Shown here: positions 45,955 to 57,875 of the stretch, one piece after another
Numbering within the stretch: position 1 is the stretch's first letter
Layout of the letters: every line of letters begins with the position of its first letter
Notes under the pieces: model-generated
The model's input: only the letters and a program-made list of their open reading frames with translations
The model's database searches: none
What the model was told of the DNA's origin: nothing
Made by a program: the position numbers and the translations under genes
Origin: Blepharisma stoltei ATCC 30299
Lineage: Eukaryota > Protista > Ciliophora
Length of the DNA stretch: 64,000 nt
Direction of reading: 5' to 3'
NCBI GenBank assembly: GCA_965603825.1
Contig: CBFDEM010000037.1
Location: 124,001 to 188,000 of the forward strand

Positions 45955-47526
45955 TTACATTATCGTTATATTTATTAAATTACTTTTTGTTGTGCCTTTA
46001 TAGTCATGAACATACCGATATGGATAGGTAGTTGGACAATTAAAAACGATAAACTTGTTTTTTAAGAATGAATTTGGAATTTCTTGGCCATTTATAGAAT
46101 AATTTCGTAAAGCTCTTTCACTGCTACATGATGCGCACTCTTTTATAATGCAATCCTCTTTCATATCATTGGGACATCTACATCTATTTTTATTTTGAGG
46201 ACTTGCCCATAGGCTCATATTTTCTAATAAATTAAGGTCATTGCTGCTTTTACTCATTTGTTTATCTATATATTCCATCATTTTTTCTTTATTTACCTCA
46301 AGTTTCTCTTTTGCCAATGAAAATTGTAAAAAGCTAGTCTCAACAATTTGATATCCTGGCTGAGGATTTATTTTTAACTGCATAAATCCATCAAACCAGG
46401 AGCATTCATTATCCTCCCCCCGATCAGAAAATGAGGAAAGAAAATTCAGCGAATTAACAATTTCCATAAAAGAGCACCCTGAAAAATTAGGACTTGCTCT
46501 AGGATCAGGAACTAAAAGAGATATAGGCAAAGGCACTGATGTATTTTTATGGTTTGGAGCAGCTTTGCAGAGAAAATGACACAAGTTGTGAGAATATTTT
46601 CTAAATAATAAATCTTTTCCTGTTGTATTTTCGATTTCTTCGAAATCCAAGCTTAAGCTTGAAACAATCAAGATTTTTTCAAGTGTTTCGTGTTGCAAAC
46701 CAAAATCCAGAGCAATTTGTGAATAATCATGAATAAACTCTGAATATTTTAAATTCCTTTTTTTGACTTTTTGATATCTTTTCAGATTAAGGTCTTTTTC
46801 AAAATCTCTGCTATTTTTTGCTCTATATACCCCATCGAAATGCACATTTTTACTTGCAAAAAATTCGACTAATTTCGAAGTTCTTGCTCTTGAAGATTGA
46901 ACAAATAAAACTACTTGATAATCTTCAGTTAATTTTTTAACGCCTTTTACTGCTTCTCTTCTTAAATATAATTTCATTGGTCCTTTATCTCATAGACTTA
47001 GCTTGAAAACATCTCCTAAAACGCCTTCGAAGCCTAATATTACTAAGCATTTTTGGGCCATTTCAAGTCTTCTTTTAAACTGCACTCTTTTTGTCATTTT
47101 GTAAAATTGTTTTGTTGCAGGTTTTGCTACAATGTCATTATTATCAGAGCTTGCAGTAGAAGGCGGCTCTGCTTCTCTTCTAGCATTTTCATTAATTTTT
47201 AAGCTTTTCTGCCTACTAAGACATCTGAATGGCTTTTTCATTCGCCCGAAACATTCAATATTTGTTTTTTTGACGCAAGTTTGTAAGTCAAGCACCTGAT
47301 CAACAAAACAATCATACTTATTTTGTTTATTTAACTCTTTTGGATTGCCCTTATGCTTCGCATTTGAAGTTTTAGACCTTTTTGTTGCTTTATGAAGCCT
47401 TGGAAGCCGAACTCTCTGAAAATTTGTATTGGTGTTAGATGTTAAAAGAGGAAGCTCTTTTCGCTCAGAAATGGGGATTGCTGCTTCAGCTGGCTCAATA
47501 TATGAACTGCTTTTTAGCGATTTCAT
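45955..47526 (-). CDS. Protein with degenerate FCP1/NIF (HAD) phosphatase-like domain
   Basis: TGA at 46990 joins the ORFs; CLVILGFEGVLGDV..LYLR..VKKL..YQVVLF resembles NIF 'LVLDLDETL..V.LRP..L..F..YE.V.F' without DxD. Confidence 0.6.
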
Positions 47527-47667
47527 ATTATATGTCTAAATAAAGCCTAATTAGGAATTGTTATGAAATTTTCTATATGCCAAACTTATGGTAAATAATT
47601 AGGTTACAATTATCAATTAATTGCATATGTTCATTTTATTTCAGAGTATTAAAAGGGGCCTGTAAAA

Positions 47668-48414
47668 ATGAAAGCAATTCCAAGAAGCTGCCTTCCAATG
47701 GACAAGTTCCAGCAGCTTTTTCCACCTTTGACATCCCGACTCATAATTTTCGACGTTGAAACAACTGGGCTAGATGCAAGATATCACGAAATTATAGAAA
47801 TTGGGGCAATTGAAATAATTGAAAATGAAGAAACACGCCGATTTCACGAATATGCCTGCCCAGCAAGGCCAATTTCTAAGTCAGTTTCAGACGTTCATGG
47901 CCTAACCCTCGAATCTCTCGAAGGAGAGCAAGACTCTCTCACAATAGCTGGGCGATTTATCGAATGAATTGGAGATACCAATGAAGCTTATATCATCGGC
48001 CATAACATAAAATTCGATATCAGCTTCCTTGAAGCCGCTTTAAAAGTGTATAACCGCATAAATAAAGAAAATTTGCAAATTCCCAGAAATACTATATGCA
48101 CGCTAGAATTAATAAAAATTGCGTTTAGAAGAGACTCAAGCTTAGATCAAGCTTGCAAAATATTTGAAATAAGAGACCTGAAAAATAGGAAAAAACATGG
48201 AGCTATGATAGACGCTGAATTAACGATGAAATTGTATTTTTGCATGAGGGAGTGGAAATTTTTTTCAGATACTCAAGGGATTGCATCAAGAAAAATTAAA
48301 GGAAAAAAAGGAATGAAAAGTACGGAAAGAGTTCTGCCGTGGGAAAATGGGGTGAAAAAACAAAAATGCGATGTGGTGGAGGTTGTAGATGATAGCGATA
48401 TTAATATTGTTTAG
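47668..48414 (+). CDS. DEDDh 3'-5' exonuclease, DnaQ/Pol III epsilon-like
   Basis: FDVETTGL, IIEIGAIE, FIEW(TGA)IG, GHNIKFDISFL, CTL, HGAMIDAELT. Confidence 0.9.
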
Positions 48415-48426
48415 AAAAATGACAAA

Positions 48427-50175
48427 TTAAATTATGTCTTTCAAAACTAAGTCTGTATTGCTGAAATTCAAACTGTCTTTTGTCAAGTTACCTTTATTTA
48501 ATTTTGGTTTAAATGTACATTCATCCATTTCAGCGATTTCTCGGTGTGTTCTTACTGTTTTTACCTTTTCTTGGATTTCCATCATTCGTTTCATGTTTCT
48601 TTCATAAATTGATTCTCTAGATGATTCTTTCGAAGACTCTTTGGAAAATGAATTATTGATGGATGGCCTAAACGTATATTTTGACTCTTCTTGATGACTC
48701 GACTTTTTTGTATTTAAAAGCACGCTTTTTTCTGTTGGGTTAAGCTCTTTCATTAATAATTCCATTGCTTCAAAAAATTCTTCATATGTTAGTGTTTCAT
48801 TTAAATCCCCTAGCTCATTTATAAGAGGATCAATAATGTCTTTAATATTCCTAGGAATATATCCACTTTCTATTGTTTCTTTACTGATTTTTCCATCCTG
48901 TGGGTTCATCATATCGAATAGTTCTTTATAACGCTGAAATTTTATTCTTTCAATAATTTTATAAGAAGTTTGATTTGTATGGCGCGTTGGGGATTGAGAT
49001 TGAATACGGTCTTTGGTTGGAGATTTTTTTGAAATGGAATATAAATGCTCACCAATATTTGAAGGGTTTGCATCCCTTTTTGCTGGAGATCGCCCTGTTT
49101 TAGGGTGAAATAACTGCTGGCCTGTACTGAAATCTTTGATATCAATATACTTAGTTTTCATAATATATTCTTCAATAGTTCTCCTTGAATATGCCAATCT
49201 TTCTGGCACACTTCGAATAAGCTGCTTATTCATCTTATTAGTCAAACTTGTGTCTGGATTAAAAGGACAATCTTGCTGCTGTATTCTTTGATACAATATA
49301 GCTTTTTTATCTTCAATAACCTTTGCGTTTTCATATAACGCAACACATCTGTCAGGGGATTCGTTTCTTTTTTTATTTTTCACCAATGATGAGCTTCTTT
49401 TATCAACACTTGGAGAAAATGTGCAATGGCTCATTTCTTCAGCTAGAAATTCACCTCTTTTCTTCTCAATATGCTCATTTTTTTCTTTTCCTTTCTTAAG
49501 CAGATCAATTTCAGGCATTCGTCTCTGTGGGCTTTTGGTATTGGTTTTTGGGTGAAATGTCAATTCTTTCATCATTTCTTCATTTTTCTGTTTTTTTATG
49601 GTCTGGATTTTTTTTTCAGTTTGCTCTTTGAGCAGAAGACCTTTATAGTAAAGTTTTTCTCCGCTGTTATTTAATAGTTGTGATTGATTTGTGGTGATTT
49701 GCGAAAATTCCAAAGGTTTTTGAGATATTTTCGAAGAATTCGGTCTTTCAAATGAATTTTCATCAGAAAATTTTCTTAAATACTCATTTGATTCTGGGCT
49801 ATAACTTTTTTCAATTGGTGTCAAGCTCCTATCATTTTGCATGAATTCTGGCTCATTATTTATAAAATCATTTTCTTTATTAAATGTCATTGATTGAGCT
49901 TGCTCTTGATAAATGATTTCAATATTCATCTTGATCTGCTGGATAAGCAATTCTTTAACGTCACTGCTCATATTATGTCTTAAACAAAACTGCTCAGCTA
50001 TTCATTCTGGTTTATCATTTTCATAGACCGTTAGCTCATCTGTTCTCCCATCACCGATATCAATCGTCATAATTAAAAGCTCGTTGCCTTTATCTTCAGA
50101 AGGGGAATCAAAGAAATCTCCTGACTGGTCTTGGTTAATTGTTGATCCTAAGTAACTTAATGTTTGGTCTTCCAT
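48427..50175 (-). CDS. Hypothetical protein with repeated (C)xFxP motifs
   Basis: Extended to ATG 50175 via one TGA; motifs LTFHPK, CTFSPS, CPFNPD, LFHPKT, YTFRPS, CTFKPK. Confidence 0.75.
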
Positions 50176-50298
50176 ACTTAAATAAATTAAATTATTGCAA
50201 GATTAAACATTATTTTTACAGCATAAATACATGTGAAGCTTAAAATTAAATTCAAAGATTTAAATTTAGTATATTATAAATTAAATTACCCTTTTTCC

Positions 50299-51831
50299 AT
50301 GTTTCTTTCAAGCTATCGAAGGCCACCTTCAGCTTACAATCGAACTCCACCTATACGCCAGATACCTTCATCTGTCGTGTCAGGCACTTCACTATCTCGG
50401 TCTCGAGGAGTAAAGCAGCCAGACCCAAAACCTAACACAACAGCTCCTCAAAGGCAGCCTGCACCCGTTTATAATCGTCCCATACAATCAAATCCTCCAG
50501 AGCCATCCCGAACTCCAGTGCTAAAACAGCCCATAATAAGCTCTGACGAAGATATAATAATCCACGTCTGTGACGAGGCAAAAAAAATTGAAAAAGATTT
50601 CAAATGTCCTAAATCCGTTCTGATTACAAAAATGAAATATTTCGAAAGCCACCTACAAAATTGCCAATCAGTCGATGACCTTGAAATCAGTGTCCATTGT
50701 GATGTCGATATCTTTGAGTGGCTCATGCAATATATGAACAACCGTGAAAAGCCAGAACTGGAAATGAATAAAGTGATTTCTATTTTAATCTCTTCAGAAT
50801 TCTTACAAATGCAAACTTTGGTGAGTGAATGTCTGGAATTTGTCAGCAGAAATTTGGAGGAAGTTGTGAAGCTTCCGATTGACATGAGCTGTCTAAACCA
50901 AGGATTATTGAAGCAGCTTGCTAGATTAGCAAACCCTGAACAGCTTGATGATATAAAAGATAGAAAAGATAAGCTTGTAAGCAAACTTTTCATGAAGAAG
51001 ATTGAAGAAATAATGGAGGACGAAAATAACAATTTCAATAGATGCGTCTATTGCAATAAACTATTCACAAATGAACAGCACGATTGAATGATTTGTGAAA
51101 AAGCCAGAATTTTTATTGATTTCCATGGAAATGTAATTGCTGAGCACGTGGCTGACAGAAATTGAGAATTTAATAAGTTTATGCTGTATTTAAAAGATCA
51201 AGGATTAAGCTGAAGAGAGATTTATTGAAAAATCTGGGCTAGGCTTGTATCTTTTAACTGTATGGTTTGTGGGCTGAAGTTCATTGGGGCTGAGCTTGGC
51301 CATTGCAGTTTTCACCCTGACGTTCCTAGATTTAGCAATAACAGCAATATCGGGTTTTATCAATGTTGCCAACAAAAAGCAATACGTTTTGACACATCAA
51401 TTAAAAAAAAGGGCTGCTGTGGGAGAAATCATGTGCCAAGACAAGACCAAATTCATTCTAAAGAATATGAAATTTTGATGAAAAACTTCAGTTTGCTAGA
51501 AGAGCCGTTTGAAATTAAAAGCGACAGACCGTCGCTTTATAAGCTTATTCAGCAGTTTGTAAGTAAAGCAGATAACCAAGACTGTGAATCAGAAGATGAT
51601 TTAGATGAAGATGAGAGAATTGAGACAGAAGAAACAGCTGAAGAAGTTAAAGAAGAAGAAAGAAGATATAAAAAGAAAGGAAAATCTTCAGATATGAGTC
51701 CCAAAAAGCAGAGGGTATGGAGACTTGATCAACTGCGACTGAACGATTTTATGCATATGAAAGAACTGACTGCAAATCTTAGCAAATTGAGGAGAAAAAA
51801 TAACCAAAAATCACCTGTTAAAAAGAAGTAA
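50299..51831 (+). CDS. KIAA1841/SANBR-like (DUF3342, BTB-related) protein
   Basis: IIIHVCDEAK..DFKC..L..MKYF..ISVHCDVDIFEWLM..ILISSEFLQM; four TGA-Trp between 51085 and 51228 join the ORFs. Confidence 0.82.
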
Positions 51832-52016
51832 GCTTTGTTTACTCAAATATTATAAAAGATTTAATCCTAAAACTTTTTTGCGTGAAATTAATTTAAAAAT
51901 CTTCTTATAAAAATTGAAAAATTTGAATTAATCACATTTTTTAATGGATATTCTGCTGTGAATAGCGAAAATTCATTTATTTCCATTGAAATGCTTATGG
52001 TAAAAAATCGCTATAA

Positions 52017-52664
52017 ATGGAAGAGGTAATTCATGGTCAAATAAAAGGCAAAGGAATTGACGATATCGATGAGCTAATTTTAGACTCATGGCATGGATCA
52101 GAAATATCAACAGAAGAAAAAAAAATGCTCGAAGGATACCCAAATATCTGCTTCTTGAGCTTAGCTGGATGCGGATTGGATTCTTTAGCCAATTTTCCTT
52201 ATCTTCCAGGCCTTCTCCAGCTAGAACTCTCCAACAATAACATCAGAAATGGCTTAGAAAATATATCTTGCCTAAAAGAATTAACTCATCTCTCTTTGGA
52301 AGGAAATCAATTCACAAATATCGACGATCTAAAGCCTCTCGCCAAGCTTTCTAAATTGGTCTCATTAGAGCTCATTGGCTGCCCAATTTCAGAAATTGAA
52401 GACTACGGTAAAAGTATTTTTGGTATGATGCCTGAGCTACAAATACTAGACGGCTGTGATGCAGATGGAAACGAAATATCAATATTAACAAATGAAGAGG
52501 AAGAGTATGATGAAGACGAAATTGATGAAAGTGAAGGCGAATATAATGAAGAAGAGGATTATGAAAGTGACGAAGAAGAATTACCGATGAAAAGACAAGG
52601 AAATAGAAATTATAGCGAAAGCGATGAGGAAGCTGGCGCAAAAAAGCCTAAAAAACACAAGTAA
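52017..52664 (+). CDS. ANP32-like acidic leucine-rich repeat protein
   Basis: ELILD, LRRs (LELSNNNI, LSLEGNQF), LQILDG, acidic tail and basic NLS. Confidence 0.88.
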   Translation: MEEVIHGQIKGKGIDDIDELILDSWHGSEISTEEKKMLEGYPNICFLSLAGCGLDSLANFPYLPGLLQLELSNNNIRNGLENISCLKELTHLSLEGNQFTNIDDLKPLAKLSKLVSLELIGCPISEIEDYGKSIFGMMPELQILDGCDADGNEISILTNEEEEYDEDEIDESEGEYNEEEDYESDEEELPMKRQGNRNYSESDEEAGAKKPKKHK

Positions 52665-52871
52665 ATATTTTTGCTTAAAATCAATATTTGTGGAAATCAT
52701 TTAAATTAAATTAATTTGATTTTTGTAGTATTTCAAATATAGAAATCAATTTATTTTTACTTCATTTATTTGAGCTTTATATTATATGTGGTTCTCAAAA
52801 CTTATGATTTTTATTATCTTAATATGTATGAAATTAGATTAATGACAGTGGATCTTATAAAAAGTTATAAT

Positions 52872-53969
52872 ATGGAAAACAAATTTCTTAAAGCAATTAC
52901 CCCTGATCCAGAATCACACAAATTAAAAGTCCAAGCCCTTCTAACTGCATTTCAAGGGTCACTGTTTTCTCACCTTATGTCAGTAGCCTCAAACAGACAA
53001 GAAAGCACAAGCTACCTTGGGCATTTTCCTTTCTCTGTCGAAGTTACTCCTGTAGAATTTCAAGAAATTTCTAGAAGCACTCCAGTTGATTTTCAAGAGG
53101 TTTCCCGTAGCTCTTCGATAAAAGGATCTCAGTTCCAAAACATTTCGAGAAGATCTCCATTAGAAAAACAAAATACTTCACAGTTATCTTCACGAAGTTC
53201 CCAATTTAAAGAAATTTCATGAGAAGTAAATACTCGATCAAGCAAACAATTGAAAGAATTATCAAGACCTGAGTCATCAAGAAATTCAGGCAAAAAAGAA
53301 ATATCTACCGAATTCCTAGAACAAGCGAGCGATGAAGAATTCGTTACTTCGTTTGGGCAGGGCTCTGAGATCGCTCAAACACCTAAAAGAGGAGAGATTG
53401 TACAAGAAGTCCAATCTGCTAAAAATGACATAGAGAATTATATGGAAAAATGTAAGGGTATAATTAAAAAGCCTCCTGTTATAAAAGAAGAATATGAATT
53501 TGAATTCGAAGAAACCGACCCAGAAAAGCTTGCAAAAGTTTTGGCAAGAAAAAATATTGGCACTAATAATATCGACCATCCTGATTTCAAGCCAAAACCT
53601 GCAAGATTTATTATCCCTGAAGATTTACCAGAACATATTGCTTCCCCACCAAAACAAAATACTGCTACTCTCTATGGAGAAGTTATAGCTACAACTTATT
53701 CTCAAGGAGGGGATGGCTTTGCACTACACCCTGGAGATCTTGTTACAATCCTCCAATTTCTAACTGATTTTGGGCTAGCTGAGTGCAGATGGCAAGGAAT
53801 GCAAGGGCTTTTCCCTCAAGACAAAATAAAAGTTCTTACCAAGCCAGACCAATCGTTAAATTCCAGCTTAGTCAGTTTAGCCCAAAGACAATTATTTAAT
53901 TTAGGAAAATCAGACACATCTTTTCAACAGTCAGGCAAGCTCTTGTCAAGATTAGCTAAAAACAAATAG
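52872..53969 (+). CDS. SH3-domain protein with Ser-rich repeats
   Basis: TGA at 53220 joins the ORFs; C-terminal SH3-like LHPGDLVTIL..AECRWQGMQGLFP. Confidence 0.72.
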
Positions 53970-54033
53970 CCTGTATCTATATTTTATACTAAAATAAACT
54001 CTCTATTAAACTACATCGAATACTCATTAATTA

Positions 54034-54432
54034 TTAAATTGGTGCAACAACTGCGAGGCGAGTATTGCAATTGCAACAGTAATGATGCGAATCCTTGCAC
54101 CTTTTTACACAAAATGGTATCAAGCAGCATCCACAGAAGCATCCAATCAAGCATAGGTATGTGCAGCTTAGATAGGTAAATCATCCGTTCTTTTTCTCTA
54201 TTCGAGTTCATGTGTTTTTACCACATGTTGGACAATATATATTCTGACTTGTTAGGCCTAAGCTCATATTGGGATCGTAAAACTCAAGATATGGAGGAGG
54301 TTGATCTTGATTTTGCTGGATATTTTCATTAGGCGGATTTTGAGCAGGTTGTTGTGAGTTATCAATACTTGGAGCTAAGGAATATGCTGGAGGATACTGA
54401 GAGATTAAAGGTTTTTCTTCAGGATCTGACAT
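54034..54432 (-). CDS. LITAF-domain protein
   Basis: PPAY/PPPY motifs, CPTC, hydrophobic Cys-rich segment GCCLIPFC..KDSHHYCCNC; two TGA-Trp. Confidence 0.88.
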
Positions 54433-54724
54433 TTTTGAGTTTGTAAATAAATCATTTATTCCGTTTTTTCGCAAATTTTACTTATATTTTTAATAATTCA
54501 ATAAAGCAAAGAGAGAAAATCCAATTTTCAATTCATAGATCTATAAAGATTTTGTTATAGGGTTATAATTGACTGTTTTGGCTTTAACAAAATTTCAAAT
54601 CTTTTATTCTCTAGCATTGATAACACTCAATAAGCTGTCACTAATTTTTGCTATAAAATAATGCACATAGTGCAATATTTCCTCATATATCAACATAAGA
54701 TTATACTTATTTAAATATTCATAA

Positions 54725-56110
54725 ATGACCCTACAGTACAATAATCAAGTTGATGTTATGGATCTTCAAAAAGCTTGCAGACTAGGCTCTCTCCTAGAAA
54801 TTAAAAAAGCTTACAGTGCAGACCCCGAAAAACTAAACAAAAAAGACGAAAGTCTTGGCTGAACTCCCTTATATCGTACAGTCATTTGTAACCACATCAA
54901 AGCTACTCAATTTCTCCTTAAACACGGAGCAGATCCCAATCTCCCAAACAACCTCGGTGAAACTCCTCTGCACCAAACTGCAGATAACTCTCAATACGAA
55001 ATTGCAGAACTTTTATTAACATATCACGCAGATCCTAATTTGCAACAAAACGACGGAGATACCCCTCTTCATCATGCAGCCTTTCGCGGCGACGAAAAAA
55101 TGGTTGAGCTCTTATTAAGATATCGAGGAGACCCAAACATTCAGAATTTTATGTTTGGAAGATCCCCTTTACACTATGCAGTTGACTGCGGGCATATAAG
55201 TTCTGTTAAACTGCTAATGAAATATGGTGGGAATCCTTTTCTGCCAGATCGGCAAGAAAAGCGACCGATTGATTTAGCACAAATAAAAGAGCTACAGAAT
55301 ACACTTAATAATGGAGAAAAAGAAAGCGAAAGCGAAATAATTTTTTTTGATGAGGATAAGTTAGAGCTAGGAGACACATTTGGAAAAGGGAAAACTTTAA
55401 ATGATTCTCATGAAATTGAAAACTACGAAGCCCCAACGCCACCGATTCCTCAGAATTTTAATTTTGAGCCTGATTCAGAGCTAAGTGTGCTTCCAAAACA
55501 AAATTCAAATAAATTAAAGCCTATTTATAGCTGATTAGAAAGTATAGAACTGCAAGAATTGTGTGATATTTTGTGTGATGCAGGGTATGATGATATTGAA
55601 AGCTTGATAGTACAGATGAATAGTGCATACCCAATTACAAGGGATGAGCTAGAAAGGATTGGGATCGCAGCTCCTGGGCATCAGTATAGGATTATCATGA
55701 AATTAGAAGAAGACGCTTGTATTTGTCCAAAAGTGCTTTCTCTTAAATCTAGAAGTATAGGTGCAGAAAGTTTTTGAAGATGCTGCAATACTCCAAATAA
55801 CGCGACATTGGGGCCTCCTTTAAATATGAATCTTAAAGAGTGGCTGAGGAGTTTAAAGCTAGAAGAACTTTATAGTCACTTCATTGAGTCTGGATTTGAC
55901 GATTATGAAATGCTGATTAAACAAATGTTTTCAAGATACCCAATAAATGATGAAATGCTAAAAACTGAAGTGGGCATTTCAAAACCAGGCTATAGGAATA
56001 GAATTTTGGCAAAATTGCAAGAAGAAGTAAAAGTAATTGAAAAAAGAGAAGGAATTGTGATTGAAAATACCTCGAAAAATGCGTCTTGCGAAATGTGTAT
56101 TATAGTCTAA
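54725..56110 (+). CDS. Ankyrin-repeat protein with two SAM domains
   Basis: GW(TGA)TPLY, GETPLH, GDTPLHHA, GRSPLHYA; SAM-like W(TGA)LESIEL..GI..PGH and WLRSLKL..GISKPGYRNRIL; C-terminal CIIV (CaaX-like). Confidence 0.85.
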
Positions 56111-56128
56111 TTTAATTGATTTGATTAA

Positions 56129-56629
56129 TTATAATCCAACTGCTACCAAGCTCTGGGCAAATTTTCGGCATCTTTCATTGCAGAAACTTGCATTTTGATG
56201 AAAAGATCGAACTCCTCCTGTAACGAGATCTTTGTTCCAGCTCGCAAAAACTATGGTTTGGTTTGTCTTAATAGCGCATGCTCCTCCATTTGACTTCGAT
56301 AAATAAGCGGTTTTAAAATATGCATCGTAGCTGATGATTTTATATTTTTCTCTATTTATCATAATTCCAGCTTTGCAATCAGTTTTTCCTGTACTTAAAA
56401 TCTCATCTAAAATTTGGGCTTCGTTTACATCTACTCTTTCTTTTGAATCTCCGTCTTCTTTTTGCACATCAACTTGATAATTTTCCAAGCGAAAATTTGG
56501 AGTGCTTTCCAAAATCCTGTAATGTTGACACGAAATAGCTGCAGCTTGCTCAACACAATTTGTAATCAATCCTCTAGCTGGTGTATAGCATATAATCAAA
56601 TTGTTATAAATCTCTTTATCCCACTGCAT
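56129..56629 (-). CDS. Profilin-like protein (alveolate type)
   Basis: W-D near N-terminus, AAAIS, GIMINREKY, LSKSNGGACAIKTNQTIVFASW, FAQSL..GL. Confidence 0.75.
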   Translation of the reverse strand: MQWDKEIYNNLIICYTPARGLITNCVEQAAAISCQHYRILESTPNFRLENYQVDVQKEDGDSKERVDVNEAQILDEILSTGKTDCKAGIMINREKYKIISYDAYFKTAYLSKSNGGACAIKTNQTIVFASWNKDLVTGGVRSFHQNASFCNERCRKFAQSLVAVGL

Positions 56630-56659
56630 GATATTTATTATAGACAGTTTCTTCCATAA

Positions 56660-57209
56660 ATGTCAGAACTAGAGCTTATACATCCAGTACAATATAGCCT
56701 AGGCAACGTCTTATGCTGCAAGAGAAATACAAAAACTTAACCAAAAATACCAAGACTCACTCAACCATCGTTTGCAGATGAGACAATATATGATTTCAAT
56801 CGTTAAAAATTGACTGAATGTTAGAATATCTATAAGCTTTAAGTGATTTTTATATAGAAAATGAAAAAATTTAAGATTCCAGCCGACTTTTTACCAAAAC
56901 CTCAAGAAGAAATGATTCGATGAAGTAAGATTCCGTAGGAGAAATATGCAGGAATCTATTTTGAATCGAAGAGAAAAATTCCAAAAAAAGTGTCAGTTTG
57001 CTGCAACGATGACGAGAAATTCAAAGAAATTGAATGCTATGGAGAGATTAAATAGGCAAAGCACTGATATAAGGGCTAAAACAGTGTTTGTGTCACAATT
57101 GAGGCAGCATCTTGTGGAAGGAAATCATGAGGCAAGGAAAAAGCTGCTGACAAGAAATAAGGAAATGGCGAGAGAAATAAGGTCAAGATCAGCAGCGCCC
57201 AAGTGTTAA
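56660..57209 (+). CDS. Hypothetical basic protein
   Basis: ATG 56660; introns 56687-56702 (16 nt) and 56843-56857 (15 nt) plus three TGA give one frame into track ORF 56946..57209. Confidence 0.62.
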
Positions 57210-57875
57210 TAGTTGAGGAAGCTTAATTTTGATAGGGCTATTTAATTGGATTGATAATAGTATTGGATAAAAAGAATAGGGATAATATGGCATAATGAAT
57301 AGGAGATAAATTTAATATTAAGGATGAAATTTGTACATATTTTAAAATTTTATAGGTAATTTATGCATATAAATTTAGTTTTTACTTGAAATTATTTAAT
57401 TAGTAAGCGCATTGTTAGTAAAGAAGATTATAACATATATTAATTTTGTCATATTATTTTCCGGATAATTATATCATTCTGGAAGCATTAGATAATAATA
57501 ACATTGAACCAATTAATTTACTAATAAAAATATTTATTATCATAATTAAATTTTAATTTATTGGAAAATAGGCATTTAAATCACCATTAATTTGAATACA
57601 TGCTAATTAGCTGCCAGACTCCGATTTCTTTTTAATAATTTTTACGATAAATATCTGATCTTTTTTATAATATTAGTTTCAATTTCTTCAACTCTCCATT
57701 TTCAGATGTGACCAAACTCCAATTTAACTGCTTAAACTTCAAAACTATTAAAAAATTGCATAGATCTTAAGGAAACTATAAATAATTTTTGAATTTTTCT
57801 CATATATTATTTTTTGCGAAATTTACGTGATTATCCTTATATAAACATGATTGGTATTAGAATTTACTTGCAAAA

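Noticed and set aside
56624-56657. 22-nt intron that would give profilin an MEETWDKE start
   Set aside because: The length is outside the 15-16 nt class seen everywhere else, and the ATG at 56629 suffices.
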